64,000 nucleotides of DNA. Origin: an uncultured virus (IMG/VR IMGVR_UViG_3300008113_010842) (taxonomy: Duplodnaviria; Heunggongvirae; Uroviricota; Caudoviricetes). The stretch lies in IMG/VR virus record IMGVR_UViG_3300008113_010842; one strand, given 5' to 3'. The notes beneath the pieces were generated by a model. It was not told where the DNA came from. It ran no database searches and saw only the letters and a program-made list of their open reading frames with translations. Position numbers and translations under genes: made by a program. Below, in pieces: positions 40,088 through 50,700 of this stretch (position 1 is its first letter; each line of letters opens with the position of its first letter).

Positions 40088-40423
40088 ATGTTGTTCAATA
40101 TTTATTTAGTATGTTCTGAAATAAACGGTCAAAAATTACATAAAATAGGATACACAAGAAGACCTATTGAAAAACGAATAAAAGAGTTTAAGACTGGAAA
40201 TGCTTCTGATATCTATTTAGTAGATTCTTTTCAATCAGAGTGGGGAACTAAAATTGAATCTCAACTACATAGAATTTATAAATCAAAAAAAATTGGTGGT
40301 GAATGGTTTGATTTATCACAAGAAGAAATAGATAAGTTTAAAGGTAATTGTGAAAGAATACATAATAATTTAGAATTAATATCTAAACATAATAGTTATT
40401 ATCAAGAAAGAGGTGATTTCTAA
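40088..40423 (+). CDS. GIY-YIG / T5orf172-like nuclease domain protein
   Basis: IYLV...HKIGYT...RIKEFKTGN...IESQLH...GEWF. Confidence 0.85.
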   Translation: MLFNIYLVCSEINGQKLHKIGYTRRPIEKRIKEFKTGNASDIYLVDSFQSEWGTKIESQLHRIYKSKKIGGEWFDLSQEEIDKFKGNCERIHNNLELISKHNSYYQERGDF

Positions 40424-40467
40424 ACAATAATTGATTTTAATATATAAATAAAAAATAATATCAAAAG

Positions 40468-40740
40468 ATGGCTTCACTTAAAGAAATGTCAATAAAAGAG
40501 TATATTTCAAAAATTGACTTCAAAAATGATGATTGGAAATTATCTAAAATCAAAGAAGATATGCGTAGATTCTTAGGAGAAGAGCCTGGAATTGATGTGA
40601 TTTATAAAAAAGATGTATTAATAAATGAAGCCACGATGAAGGCTGAGGAATTTGTTGATGTTGATAGAATACAAATTGTATTTTTTGATACCGATGATAG
40701 GTTTAAAAAGATAGAATTTATTATTAATGATAAAATTTAA
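40468..40740 (+). CDS. Hypothetical protein
   Basis: 90-aa ORF behind TAATATATA at 40438-40446. Confidence 0.65.
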   Translation: MASLKEMSIKEYISKIDFKNDDWKLSKIKEDMRRFLGEEPGIDVIYKKDVLINEATMKAEEFVDVDRIQIVFFDTDDRFKKIEFIINDKI

Positions 40741-40746
40741 AAATTT

Positions 40747-40965
40747 ATGAAGTTTGATAATTACTATTTAGATTTAGAAAAAGTAAATTCCATTCAAGAT
40801 AAAGAAGAAAAAGAACAAATTCATCGTTATTATATGGAAATGATGCATTCTTTTTGTGATGGATCTAGTAGAACCTCAATTGGAATGTCTCTTTTCAATA
40901 CCTTAAACCAATCAGGATACTTAAAAGAGGTAAGGTCAGAAAAAATTGATAAGTTACTATCATGA
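40747..40965 (+). CDS. Small hypothetical protein ending in RSEKIDKLLS
   Basis: 72 aa; ATGA overlap with the next gene. Confidence 0.65.
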   Translation: MKFDNYYLDLEKVNSIQDKEEKEQIHRYYMEMMHSFCDGSSRTSIGMSLFNTLNQSGYLKEVRSEKIDKLLS

Positions 40966-41264
40966 CAATTGATGTATTAGATTATCTTGGAAAACATGAC
41001 GAAGGTATAATTGTCTCTATAACTATTGGTCTTGATGGTGAATATTATGATTCTACTTTTTTTTATAGAGAAACCTTACTTGCAATAAGTGTAGATGAAT
41101 TACTTGAGCAAAAAATTGGTTGTAACATTGAAGATTGGGATAGATATTCTGAATTAATGTTAGCTGTTGTAGAAAAAGTTGTTCCATATGAAGAAATGAT
41201 CGGTCGTGTTGATGAGTTTGACCCATCAAAGTATGACTTATATAAAGATGACCAAAACACCTAA
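40962..41264 (+). CDS. Acidic hypothetical protein
   Basis: 100-aa ORF in operon-like arrangement. Confidence 0.6.
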   Translation: MTIDVLDYLGKHDEGIIVSITIGLDGEYYDSTFFYRETLLAISVDELLEQKIGCNIEDWDRYSELMLAVVEKVVPYEEMIGRVDEFDPSKYDLYKDDQNT

Positions 41265-41310
41265 ACTATTTTTTAATTTTTTGATATAATTATCAAAATA
41301 AATTATATTA

Positions 41311-43008
41311 ATGATTATTGATGAAATCGGAATCAGAGGTTATAAATCATTTGGAAATAATGAACAAATCTTAAAAATATCGACCGATAAAGGTCAGTTA
41401 ATATTACTTGTGGGTAATAATGGAAATGGCAAATCTTCTCTTTTAGAATCCTTTGAGTATACACTTTATGGTAAAGTAAAATCTGGAAAAACAAAAAAAT
41501 GGCATAAATTGTCAACTTTACCGAATAGAATTAATGGTGAATTGCTAAATAGAATTAAATTTCAATCTCAGGGAACAGAAGTTGAGATAAAGCGTGGAAT
41601 TACGCCTAATGTACTTGAGTTGATTGAAAACGGCGTTTTAAATGAAAGAGCCGGTAAATCAAATATTGATGAAAAAATAGAAAAATATGTTGGAATGGAT
41701 ATAGAAACATTCAAATCATTTATTTCTATGTCAATCAATGACTTCAAAAATTTTATTTCACTTACAAACGAAGAAAAACAACTTTTATTAGATAAGCTAT
41801 TCAATTTAGAAGTTATAAATATTCTTAATAATATACTAAAAGATATAAATAAGAATAATAAACTCAGAATGGCGTCTGTAGATTCTGAGATAAGAACTTT
41901 AGATGAATCTATAGATTCAATAAAAAAATCTATTGAAAAGGCAATTGAAAAAGAAAAAGAAAATATTCAATTGGAAATAGATGAGTTGACATTGCAAATG
42001 AATTCAAAAAAAGAAGAATATAAAACTCTCAAAGAAAAAGTTGAAAAAATAAAAGAAAAAGAAAATGAATTATTGGAAGAATTGGATATTGAAAAACGTC
42101 AATATATCAACACTCAAAATGACATCAAAAACGTACAGAAAGAAATTAACCTTTATGATTCAGGAAAATGTCCTACTTGTAGAACAGATTTTAACTCAGA
42201 TCATTTTATTTCTTTGCGCACTACTTTAGTTGAAAAGAAAGAAGGTTATGAAAAAATATTTTCAGAAATAGAAGAAAACATTAAATCAATAAAAGAAAAA
42301 CAAACTAAGTTAAAAAATCTTTCTGAAAAAATTACAACTTCATTTAACGACTTAAATTATCTACTTAGAAATTATAAGTCAAAAATAGATGAATTATCTA
42401 AAAAGAAACAAAGAGAGAGTGGTCAACAATCTATCAATATACAAGAGTTTCAAAATACAATAGAAGAATTGACAGAAAAGAAAAATAATAGTCATGAAAG
42501 CTTTACTATTTGTAAAGAAAAAGAATTGTATTACAAAGAATTAAATCGAATTCTTAGTGAGGATGGAGTAAAAAAATCAATAATTTCTGGTATTATCAAA
42601 CCAATAAATCACTTTATCAATGAAAATATAAAAAAAATGCAAGTTCCATTTGATGTTAAGCTTGATGAAACTTTCACCGCTGAAATTAGAAGTTTAGGTT
42701 CTGTGGTTGAACATGATACGCTATCAACAGGTGAGACTAAACGAATTAATATTGCAATACTTATAGCTTATCTAAAATTAATAAGAACAAAAAAACACAT
42801 TAATATACTTTTTTTAGATGAAGTTTTTTCTTCAATTGACATAGAAGGAATTGATTCGATTTTATTACTTTTGAAATCATTTGCAAATGATTATAATATA
42901 AATATATTTGTTGTTCATCATGCTATATTATCACAAGAGATGTTCGACAGAATAATTAAAATAAATAAAGAAGTATTTTCTTCTATTGAGGAGATTGATT
43001 TTGAATAG
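41311..43008 (+). CDS. SbcC/Rad50/T4 gp46-like recombination ATPase
   Basis: Walker A GNNGNGKSS, zinc hook CPTC, signature LSTGE, Walker B LFLDE, H-loop VVHH. Confidence 0.92.
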   Translation: MIIDEIGIRGYKSFGNNEQILKISTDKGQLILLVGNNGNGKSSLLESFEYTLYGKVKSGKTKKWHKLSTLPNRINGELLNRIKFQSQGTEVEIKRGITPNVLELIENGVLNERAGKSNIDEKIEKYVGMDIETFKSFISMSINDFKNFISLTNEEKQLLLDKLFNLEVINILNNILKDINKNNKLRMASVDSEIRTLDESIDSIKKSIEKAIEKEKENIQLEIDELTLQMNSKKEEYKTLKEKVEKIKEKENELLEELDIEKRQYINTQNDIKNVQKEINLYDSGKCPTCRTDFNSDHFISLRTTLVEKKEGYEKIFSEIEENIKSIKEKQTKLKNLSEKITTSFNDLNYLLRNYKSKIDELSKKKQRESGQQSINIQEFQNTIEELTEKKNNSHESFTICKEKELYYKELNRILSEDGVKKSIISGIIKPINHFINENIKKMQVPFDVKLDETFTAEIRSLGSVVEHDTLSTGETKRINIAILIAYLKLIRTKKHINILFLDEVFSSIDIEGIDSILLLLKSFANDYNINIFVVHHAILSQEMFDRIIKINKEVFSSIEEIDFE

Positions 43009-43600
43009 AAAATTTATTGATATAGTACCTTTTTATCCTGACTTTTTACAAAGTGAGAATTATAGTATTTATAAACAAAAACTTAATTCAATTGATAATA
43101 TATCGGAATTTGCCTTAAAATACATAAATCATATTTCATTAGAAAAAGACTATTTAATATTATTTAATAAAAATATAGAAAAAGTTATGATGTCAAATCA
43201 TGAGTCAGAAACTATTTCTAATCAAAAATTTTTAAATAATGCAAATGGTGATATTTTAATTTTTGGATTAGGTATAGGTTTGATAATTTTTCCTTTACTT
43301 AATGATGATAGTATCAAATCAATAACTATTGTTGAGATTGATTCTGGATTAATTGATTTAGTAGAACCTATCGTAAAAAAATATGATATTAAAAATAAAT
43401 TGTCTGTAATAAATTGCGATGCGTTTGATTATTATAAAATATGTAAATCTAAGTATGATACAATATATTTTGATATCTGGGCTATAATTGATAACTTTGC
43501 TTTTAGTGAAATGAAATTATTAAAAAATAATTATAGACCTTTTTTAAAAGAAAATGGTTGGATAGATAGTTGGCGTTCTGAAGAAATATCAAATTATTAA
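42986..43600 (+). CDS. Class I SAM-dependent methyltransferase (spermidine-synthase-like)
   Basis: ILIFGLGIG, ITIVEID, DAFDY, YDTIYFDIW; start may be TTG at 43001. Confidence 0.8.
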   Translation: MRRLILNRKFIDIVPFYPDFLQSENYSIYKQKLNSIDNISEFALKYINHISLEKDYLILFNKNIEKVMMSNHESETISNQKFLNNANGDILIFGLGIGLIIFPLLNDDSIKSITIVEIDSGLIDLVEPIVKKYDIKNKLSVINCDAFDYYKICKSKYDTIYFDIWAIIDNFAFSEMKLLKNNYRPFLKENGWIDSWRSEEISNY

Positions 43601-43630
43601 TTTAATAAATAAAAAAAACAAAATAAAACT

Positions 43631-43825
43631 ATGTTAATTGTAAAAATCGAAGGTAAAGAAACTATCGAAAGAGCTGTAAAAAAACTCAAAAGAAAATATG
43701 ATAATGCTAAAATTGGTAAAACTCTTAGAGATAGAAAAGAATTTACAAAAAAATCTGTCAAAAGAAGAGACGAACTAAAAAAGGCAATTTATAAGCAAAA
43801 ATTAAGAGACGGTGAAAGAGACTAA
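43631..43825 (+). CDS. rpsU: Ribosomal protein bS21 (phage-encoded, Bacteroidota-like)
   Basis: MLIVKIEGKETIERAVKKLKRK...LRDRKEFTKKSVKRR. Confidence 0.9.
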   Translation: MLIVKIEGKETIERAVKKLKRKYDNAKIGKTLRDRKEFTKKSVKRRDELKKAIYKQKLRDGERD

Positions 43826-44532
43826 TGAATAAAGATAAAAATTATTATAAAATTTTAGGAGTTTCTCACGATGATGATGAAAAAACTATAAAAAAAGCTT
43901 ATTATAAGTTGTCTTATACATTTCACCCTGATAAAGGAGGTGATCCTAACGTATTTTCGGAAATCACTGAGGCATATGATATACTATATAATATAGAAAG
44001 TAGAAAAGAATATGACCTTAAAAGTAAATTCGGAAGTAATTACAACGAATATTTTGAACTATTTGATATAAATGTTGATTTTTCTTATGATGAAGGTAAA
44101 GAAAAACTAGAAAAATTCAAAAAGTATGAAGTCTATAATATACAAATTAATATAGATGATAGTTTTGATGGTTCTTTAGAATATGAAAGATGGGTCAAAT
44201 GTAAATCTTGTGATGGTACTGGTAAAGATTTTTCATCAAAAATTATAATAAGAGATACCGAAGGTAATATAGTAAAGACATTTGATGCGGATGATGGTTG
44301 TGATTTTTGTGAAGGAAGTGGAAAAGATTATATAGGTAATTCTTGCTCTTTTTGCCAAGGTGCTGGTAAAGTAGGAATAAATCCTTGTAAAAAATGCAAT
44401 GGTGAAAAAAGAATTTTAGGTAAGCAAAAATTATCTAAAATAAAACTTACTGGTGACGAAACTAAAATAGATTCAATGGGTCATTTTTCAAAAGATGGTG
44501 TAGTTGGTTATTTACTAATTGTGAAAAAATAA
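43825..44532 (+). CDS. dnaJ: DnaJ-like co-chaperone (J domain plus four CxxCxGxG-type repeats, shortened C-terminus)
   Basis: NYYKILGV, HPDKGG, CKSCDGTG, CDFCEGSG, CSFCQGAG, CKKCNGEK. Confidence 0.85.
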   Translation: MNKDKNYYKILGVSHDDDEKTIKKAYYKLSYTFHPDKGGDPNVFSEITEAYDILYNIESRKEYDLKSKFGSNYNEYFELFDINVDFSYDEGKEKLEKFKKYEVYNIQINIDDSFDGSLEYERWVKCKSCDGTGKDFSSKIIIRDTEGNIVKTFDADDGCDFCEGSGKDYIGNSCSFCQGAGKVGINPCKKCNGEKRILGKQKLSKIKLTGDETKIDSMGHFSKDGVVGYLLIVKK

Positions 44533-44534
44533 TT

Positions 44535-47500
44535 TTAACTACCTGCACTAAAATTCTGAGCTGGTTGTTCGGTAATACCTTGGAAACCAAATCCTGTGTT
44601 ATATGAGAATCCTATACCCTGTCCTACGCCACTGAAATTCTCATATTGAGATACTATGTTAAAACTATCTAAACCAATTGATAAGTTATCTAAAAACTCA
44701 AAGTTAGCATCACTATAATCTATGTAAGGTGCAATTCCTTGATAAGGAATTTGAGTAGCTTTATTAATGTTGGTTTCTTCCCAATATTTAAAGAATGGTA
44801 TTGAGTCTACCTCTATGAATTTTAAATTATCAATTATAAATTGTGAATATGATGCACCATAGGTTCCACTTCCTCTAAAATGCATACCTAAATTTCTTTT
44901 ATTATAGAAATACTCAATTTTTCTAGTCTTTGGTGTTGTTAAATGATTCACATTTTGATAGACAGGTAAATAGTCAGCTGGATAAACAACTGATATAAGA
45001 CTATTTGTTAATAAAAAAGGAACTTTAGATGTATAGTTATTTATATTATTAAAATGAATTAAAGGTTCAATAATCGGTTGACCTTTATATCCACTAAGTT
45101 TACCAGTGTCCCAGAATGTTTCATCTTGTATGTCTTCATATTCAGTTTCATTCACTGAATAAGTAACTAAATCAAATTCAACAATAGTATATCTATTTCT
45201 TTCTACTTCTGATATGTCTCTTCCATTTATATCAATAGTTGGTGTTGTAATGTCTAGTACACCGCCTTCAGAAATTGCCTCAACTAATAATTCTTTACCT
45301 TCAACAATTTCATTTTCATCACCTATTGTTCTTGAGAATGTTAAAGATAATGGTCCTGCTTTTGAGTAAGTCCAGCCTTGATCAATAAAAAGTTTAGCAT
45401 TTGAGCCTGTTGGTCCAAAGAAATCATTAAAATCTGATGATTCTCCTATAAAATCATTAAAAATTTTATATTTCGTACCAAGTTTATATCTTCTTATTGT
45501 ATTTGAAAATGAATCTCTAAATGATGACTCACTTGACAATATTTCCCAAGTTGGATATCCGAAGTGATTATTTAAAGAGTAACTCTTTTTAGATATTGGA
45601 TTTATCAATGTTTGTGGACGTCCAATATTGACAGCGGTTGTTTCATCATAATTGAAGTCAATCCAAGAGTTATAAATAAATAAATTTTGACTATCCTTAG
45701 ATTGTGCTGTGGTTAGTTTTGATGTATTAAGTGCTGAAAAGTTAAAGTTTTGTACTAAACTACTTGATATTTTTGTACTTACTATACCGGTTTCGCCTGA
45801 AGAATTTTGACCCCAGTCCAAATCTGTAGTAAACGAATAGTCATCTTCTACAGATACAACTTTAGTTTCACCATCATATTCTGGATTTATAGTTTTATCA
45901 GTTTTATCAATATTAATTATATCTCCTATAATTAAACCGTGTGGTGTAGAAAAAGTCAATCCTACTTTACCTTCCCTCCAAACCGTATCCGAAAAAGAAA
46001 AAGTTGCAGATAATTGTGATTTGAAATGCCCGCCTGTAAATTTACCATCAATCCATTGAGTATCAAAAAACTCAGTTAGATATGGATAACCTTTAACAAG
46101 CCCATTATTCCAAACACCTTTGAATACTCCGTTGAGAAATGCACCATTTAACCAAACATTTTTTGTAACTTTTATTCTGTGAGTATCTGAGTCTTTTTCT
46201 ATTCTTCTTATTGGAAATGTTGTGTCAGTTTCTACAACAATGTAACCTCTTCTTCCATCAGTGGATGCTTCTATCAAATCTATAATAGTAAAGGTATTTT
46301 TTAGAAGTTTTCTATTTTCGTTGATATCAACAGCCACTATATTTCCAATAGATACCTTATCACCAACATTGAAGAATGATACTGATTGTGTTGGGCCAAC
46401 TAAACGTATTCTCCATCTTACGTCTGAAAAAATTCTGAATGTTAAATCAGCATCATCAAAATATTTATAATTTTGATCATCTCTATAACCATTATTCCAA
46501 ACACCGTTTTCCCATATTCCGGCATTAAATGTACCATTACCTATTTTAGAATAAATTTTATTTACTTGTAATGATTGGGTCGCATTAATAGTATTTCCAT
46601 TACCAACAGTTGCTGTATAAGTAGCGCCCGATATGTTAGCAGAATACGCAGGTAAACTCATAGTAAAAACTTGATTGTTTATTGAATTATATCCTCCTTC
46701 TATAAATAGGTCATAAATAGCAAGTAAGACTTGTGCTCCAGTTATTGATTGAGATCTTTTTGGGACAAAAGTTATGTATTTACCTCCTCTTAATCCATAG
46801 AAATCACCATTAATTGGATCAGTAACGCCGGTATTTGAAACACTTTGTGTAACAGTTGCAATTAACTTTGTTGTGATATTATTTTCCCAACTTTGAAAGC
46901 TTGATGTGGATGTTGTTATAGGTGGTGTCAAATCGGATAAATAAATTTTTACACCATCAGATGCCTGTCCTGTTAATTTTTCATAAATAAAATGCAAATT
47001 AAAAAATTGATAAGGTATAAATCTAGTTATGAAACTATTATCTCTAAAAGCCGAATCTGCTTGTTTTTGTCCATTTTCACCACCTATTGCATATTTAGTT
47101 GAGACAGATGGTCCAGCATCATGCCAAACAAAACCTGTTGAATTTGAATTGTTATCTATATATTTCCATCCAAGTCCATGTGTATTTGGTGTAAATGAAT
47201 ATGAACCATTATCAGATAACATATAACCATTAACTTGCCAATCTAACTCATACATTTGAAAATCAATTATACCTAAACCTGAACTGGGTCTAAAATTTCT
47301 ATTTGCGCTATATTTAACATAATAGTTTGTTCTTGTTGTAGTAGGTGTTTTTGAAAAATGATAAATATAATCAGCATCAACTGCTACTGAAGGTGTTCCA
47401 AAACCGAAACTAGAATATTCTATTCCTATTCTATCATTGTGAGTTGTTGGTGAAATTGAAAAAGACATACCTGCTGTCAGTTTTACAGAATTATTATGAC

Positions 47501-47693
47501 TTAGATATCTTATTCTTGTTTTAATTAGTTGTGTTTTTCCCGCAGTGAAAGTTTTAAACTGATTACCTTTATAATACAAAACTGGTAGTTTACTAGCATT
47601 AACACCGGAACTAACACTCATTGCGGTACCGCCGGTCGCTCCAGTTATAAAATTTAATTGCCAATCAGTTGCTATAGAAGATTCCCAACCCAT
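44535..47693 (-). CDS. Large putative virion protein with G-x-W/F repeats
   Basis: 1052 aa; GTFNAGIWENGVWNNG, WLNGAFLNGVFKGVWNNG. Confidence 0.6.
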   Translation of the reverse strand: MGWESSIATDWQLNFITGATGGTAMSVSSGVNASKLPVLYYKGNQFKTFTAGKTQLIKTRIRYLSHNNSVKLTAGMSFSISPTTHNDRIGIEYSSFGFGTPSVAVDADYIYHFSKTPTTTRTNYYVKYSANRNFRPSSGLGIIDFQMYELDWQVNGYMLSDNGSYSFTPNTHGLGWKYIDNNSNSTGFVWHDAGPSVSTKYAIGGENGQKQADSAFRDNSFITRFIPYQFFNLHFIYEKLTGQASDGVKIYLSDLTPPITTSTSSFQSWENNITTKLIATVTQSVSNTGVTDPINGDFYGLRGGKYITFVPKRSQSITGAQVLLAIYDLFIEGGYNSINNQVFTMSLPAYSANISGATYTATVGNGNTINATQSLQVNKIYSKIGNGTFNAGIWENGVWNNGYRDDQNYKYFDDADLTFRIFSDVRWRIRLVGPTQSVSFFNVGDKVSIGNIVAVDINENRKLLKNTFTIIDLIEASTDGRRGYIVVETDTTFPIRRIEKDSDTHRIKVTKNVWLNGAFLNGVFKGVWNNGLVKGYPYLTEFFDTQWIDGKFTGGHFKSQLSATFSFSDTVWREGKVGLTFSTPHGLIIGDIINIDKTDKTINPEYDGETKVVSVEDDYSFTTDLDWGQNSSGETGIVSTKISSSLVQNFNFSALNTSKLTTAQSKDSQNLFIYNSWIDFNYDETTAVNIGRPQTLINPISKKSYSLNNHFGYPTWEILSSESSFRDSFSNTIRRYKLGTKYKIFNDFIGESSDFNDFFGPTGSNAKLFIDQGWTYSKAGPLSLTFSRTIGDENEIVEGKELLVEAISEGGVLDITTPTIDINGRDISEVERNRYTIVEFDLVTYSVNETEYEDIQDETFWDTGKLSGYKGQPIIEPLIHFNNINNYTSKVPFLLTNSLISVVYPADYLPVYQNVNHLTTPKTRKIEYFYNKRNLGMHFRGSGTYGASYSQFIIDNLKFIEVDSIPFFKYWEETNINKATQIPYQGIAPYIDYSDANFEFLDNLSIGLDSFNIVSQYENFSGVGQGIGFSYNTGFGFQGITEQPAQNFSAGS

Positions 47694-47708
47694 TTCTTAT
47701 ATATTTTT

Positions 47709-50700
47709 TTATCTCATCCCTGGTAGTACATAAGTAGTGATGGTTGATGCACTCGCACTTGCTATTATATTATTATTTATTGTATTGTCAAATAAATTCC
47801 AGATATGAGATGATGTATTACCTGAATATTGAAACCCTCTATCTAATATATCTTTTACAAACGGATCTTCTACGATTCCATTATATTGAAAACTTGAACC
47901 ATACCAGTTACCATTTCTCCACAATCCATTATCCCAGAAAACATTAAAAGCGTTCATATATTCTGATACACCATTTTTGAATATCATGCCATAAGCTGTT
48001 CCTATAACAAATTTACCATCATTCCATACAGAGATATTGAAATCTCCATTTTTGAATTCACCATTTTGCCAATAACAACTATCATCATTTAAATTAAATG
48101 ATTTTTGTGCATCACCCGGTCTTTTTACAAATGGATTAAACGAACCACTATTGAAATATCCTCTTTCAAAAGTTCCATCTAACCAAACACAATTTACCAT
48201 TGTTGCTCTTTGGTGACTAAATGTACCGGATAACCATAGAGCGTTTTCAATATAAGACATTGGTTTTTTAATGAACAATTTTTTTAAACTTGTCGCTTCT
48301 GTAAATATTTTTTCTGCTACTATAAATTTATCTTTTATATTTGTAACAAAGCCATTTCTCCAGAGACCATAAAAAGATTGACTGAAAGAATCAGTAAAAT
48401 CAGAAGCATTTGAGTTTGAAGCTCCACCAACTGATGAAATAGTTGCACTTCCCTCAAATTTACCAAATGTAAATAAACCATCGTTCCAGAAACGACCTTT
48501 GAATGTGCCACCATTGAATTCACCTGAATACCAACATGAGTTTGTAGCTAACTGAGCACTACCAAATTCACCACCATTAAAAACACCATCTTCCCAGGTA
48601 TATTCTATTTTATTATTTGACAATGTATCGTAAGTTTGTGAGAAAGTCCAACCATTTCCACTTATGAATTTACCACCATTGAATGTGCCAGTTTTCCACT
48701 TACCATTTGTTACAAATTCACCTCCATTAAAAATACCATTATGCCATAGTGCTTTGTAATCTACTATGTAGTCTAAATCACATCCGAATACCCCATTTTG
48801 AAATATTCCATCATACCAATCTATAGATGAGCCGGATAATCCATAATAACTTACATCTTCTGCAAATAAATTAGCATTCTCAACTGTCGCAAAACTTATA
48901 GAACCTCCTATTATATTTGTAACGTTATAATTTAGAGTATCATCACCTATAAGTGCGTCTTTTATTTTACCATTATAGAAGTTTGAATTTACTATTTTTG
49001 CATATTCAATAAAACCATTTTCCCAATCAGACTTAAGAATTTCTCCACTGCTAAATGTTCCATTTTGCCAAGAATTTCTATTATTGAAATTTACATCAGA
49101 TGTCATTCCATCTTTATAATAACTTCGTATATTTTCCGACTCGTAGTATGGATTGTTTATAGTTGATGTTTTGTTAAATGATTTAGAATCATAAAATAAT
49201 CCTTTTGCAAATAAACCATCAACCCATCTACCTTGTCTGAATATGCCATCAGAAAAAGTTTGACCAATCCATATTGAATTTGAAACAATACCATTATTAT
49301 AACTATCAGAGCCTTTTATAAAGTATGAGTTCATGTATAAAGCCTTAGATAATATATTAGATGTATTGCTGAATAGACTTTCATATATAAGTAACTTTTT
49401 TGCATTTAAGTTATTTGTCAAATCTCTATCTGTTGTATCAAATTCTTGATTTTCTATTAAAGATTCTGTTATATAAGACCTTTTGAATACACCACTTTTA
49501 ATTTTAGATTTTTTAAACTTAGCTTTGTAGATGTAACCATATCTATTTTGAGCATCTGTTGTGTAAAATAAACCACCACCAGTGAGTCCTGAAATGACAC
49601 TTGTTGAGCCCGATATGAGTTCTTCTAAGTAAATTGTGTTTCCTAAATTTTGAGTTATTTTATATGTGTCAGGTAGCCTAACTATTGAACCAGTAACTGA
49701 TGTTACTATTATAAATGAGTTTGAGTTGCCACTCTGTAGTGTTAAAATATCACCTGCTTCATAACCTAAACCTACATTACTTAAAGTTGCAGAGCTTACT
49801 GAACCACCAGTTGCTGTAATCTCAAATATGGCACCTGTTCCAGAGCCACCTATTCCAGTCACACCAACTGAACTACTATATGATGAACCAGCTGTACTTA
49901 TTGTAAATGAAAAAATTTGACCTCTTGTATCATAATCTACTGAATTAAGATATACTACATTTCCTGGTGTTAGACAATTTTCCCCAGATTCTCTATAATT
50001 TAAATCATATGTAGTCGTTGCAACTATAGTAGATGCTGTAGATAGATTAATATTGTAATATTTACCAATAGCACTATTCTCTGTTATATTTACATCATTA
50101 TTATAGTTTATATGATATCCTGCGTTCCAGTCAGAGTTTTCAAATAGACCACTTTCAAAATCAGAGTCTAAAATATAAGCTTTTGTTACATCAATTATAT
50201 TACCTAATACATTTGACATTGTTAATGAATAAGTAAATGACTCGTTAGTGCTTCTATTGAAGTCCAAATCACCAACTGATACTAAATTTTTATCATATTT
50301 TGAAACTACGATATCTAAAGAGTAGCCTTTTTTATTATTTGAGTCTACTATATATGTGTCTCTACTGAATGAACCGGTAATTACAGTATTATATTTGTAC
50401 TCATTATCGGCTGGTGTTGATAAATAAGCAGCCACTTCTATACCTCTTTTATAGAAAGAGTAAGTTGCTGTATTAGGAAAACTTGTTCCTAAGTTAAAAG
50501 CATCTACATAATCAGTATAACTTGATAATCTAAATCTGTTATCAAATATCGTAATTGGGTTATTTAAAGTAGTGTTGTAATTTAATCCTTTTACATAAAA
50601 TCTATCTCTTATTTTGAGTCTTTCATAATCTTTTTTTTCTATATAAAATTTGTAAACTTTATGAGATGCGTCTTGGATAGAACTAACTTCCGCATAATTA

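Noticed and set aside
40088..40423. GIY-YIG ORF as a mobile homing endonuclease or intron
   Set aside because: Only 111 aa, free-standing, no DNA-binding extension and no interrupted gene or intron structure seen.
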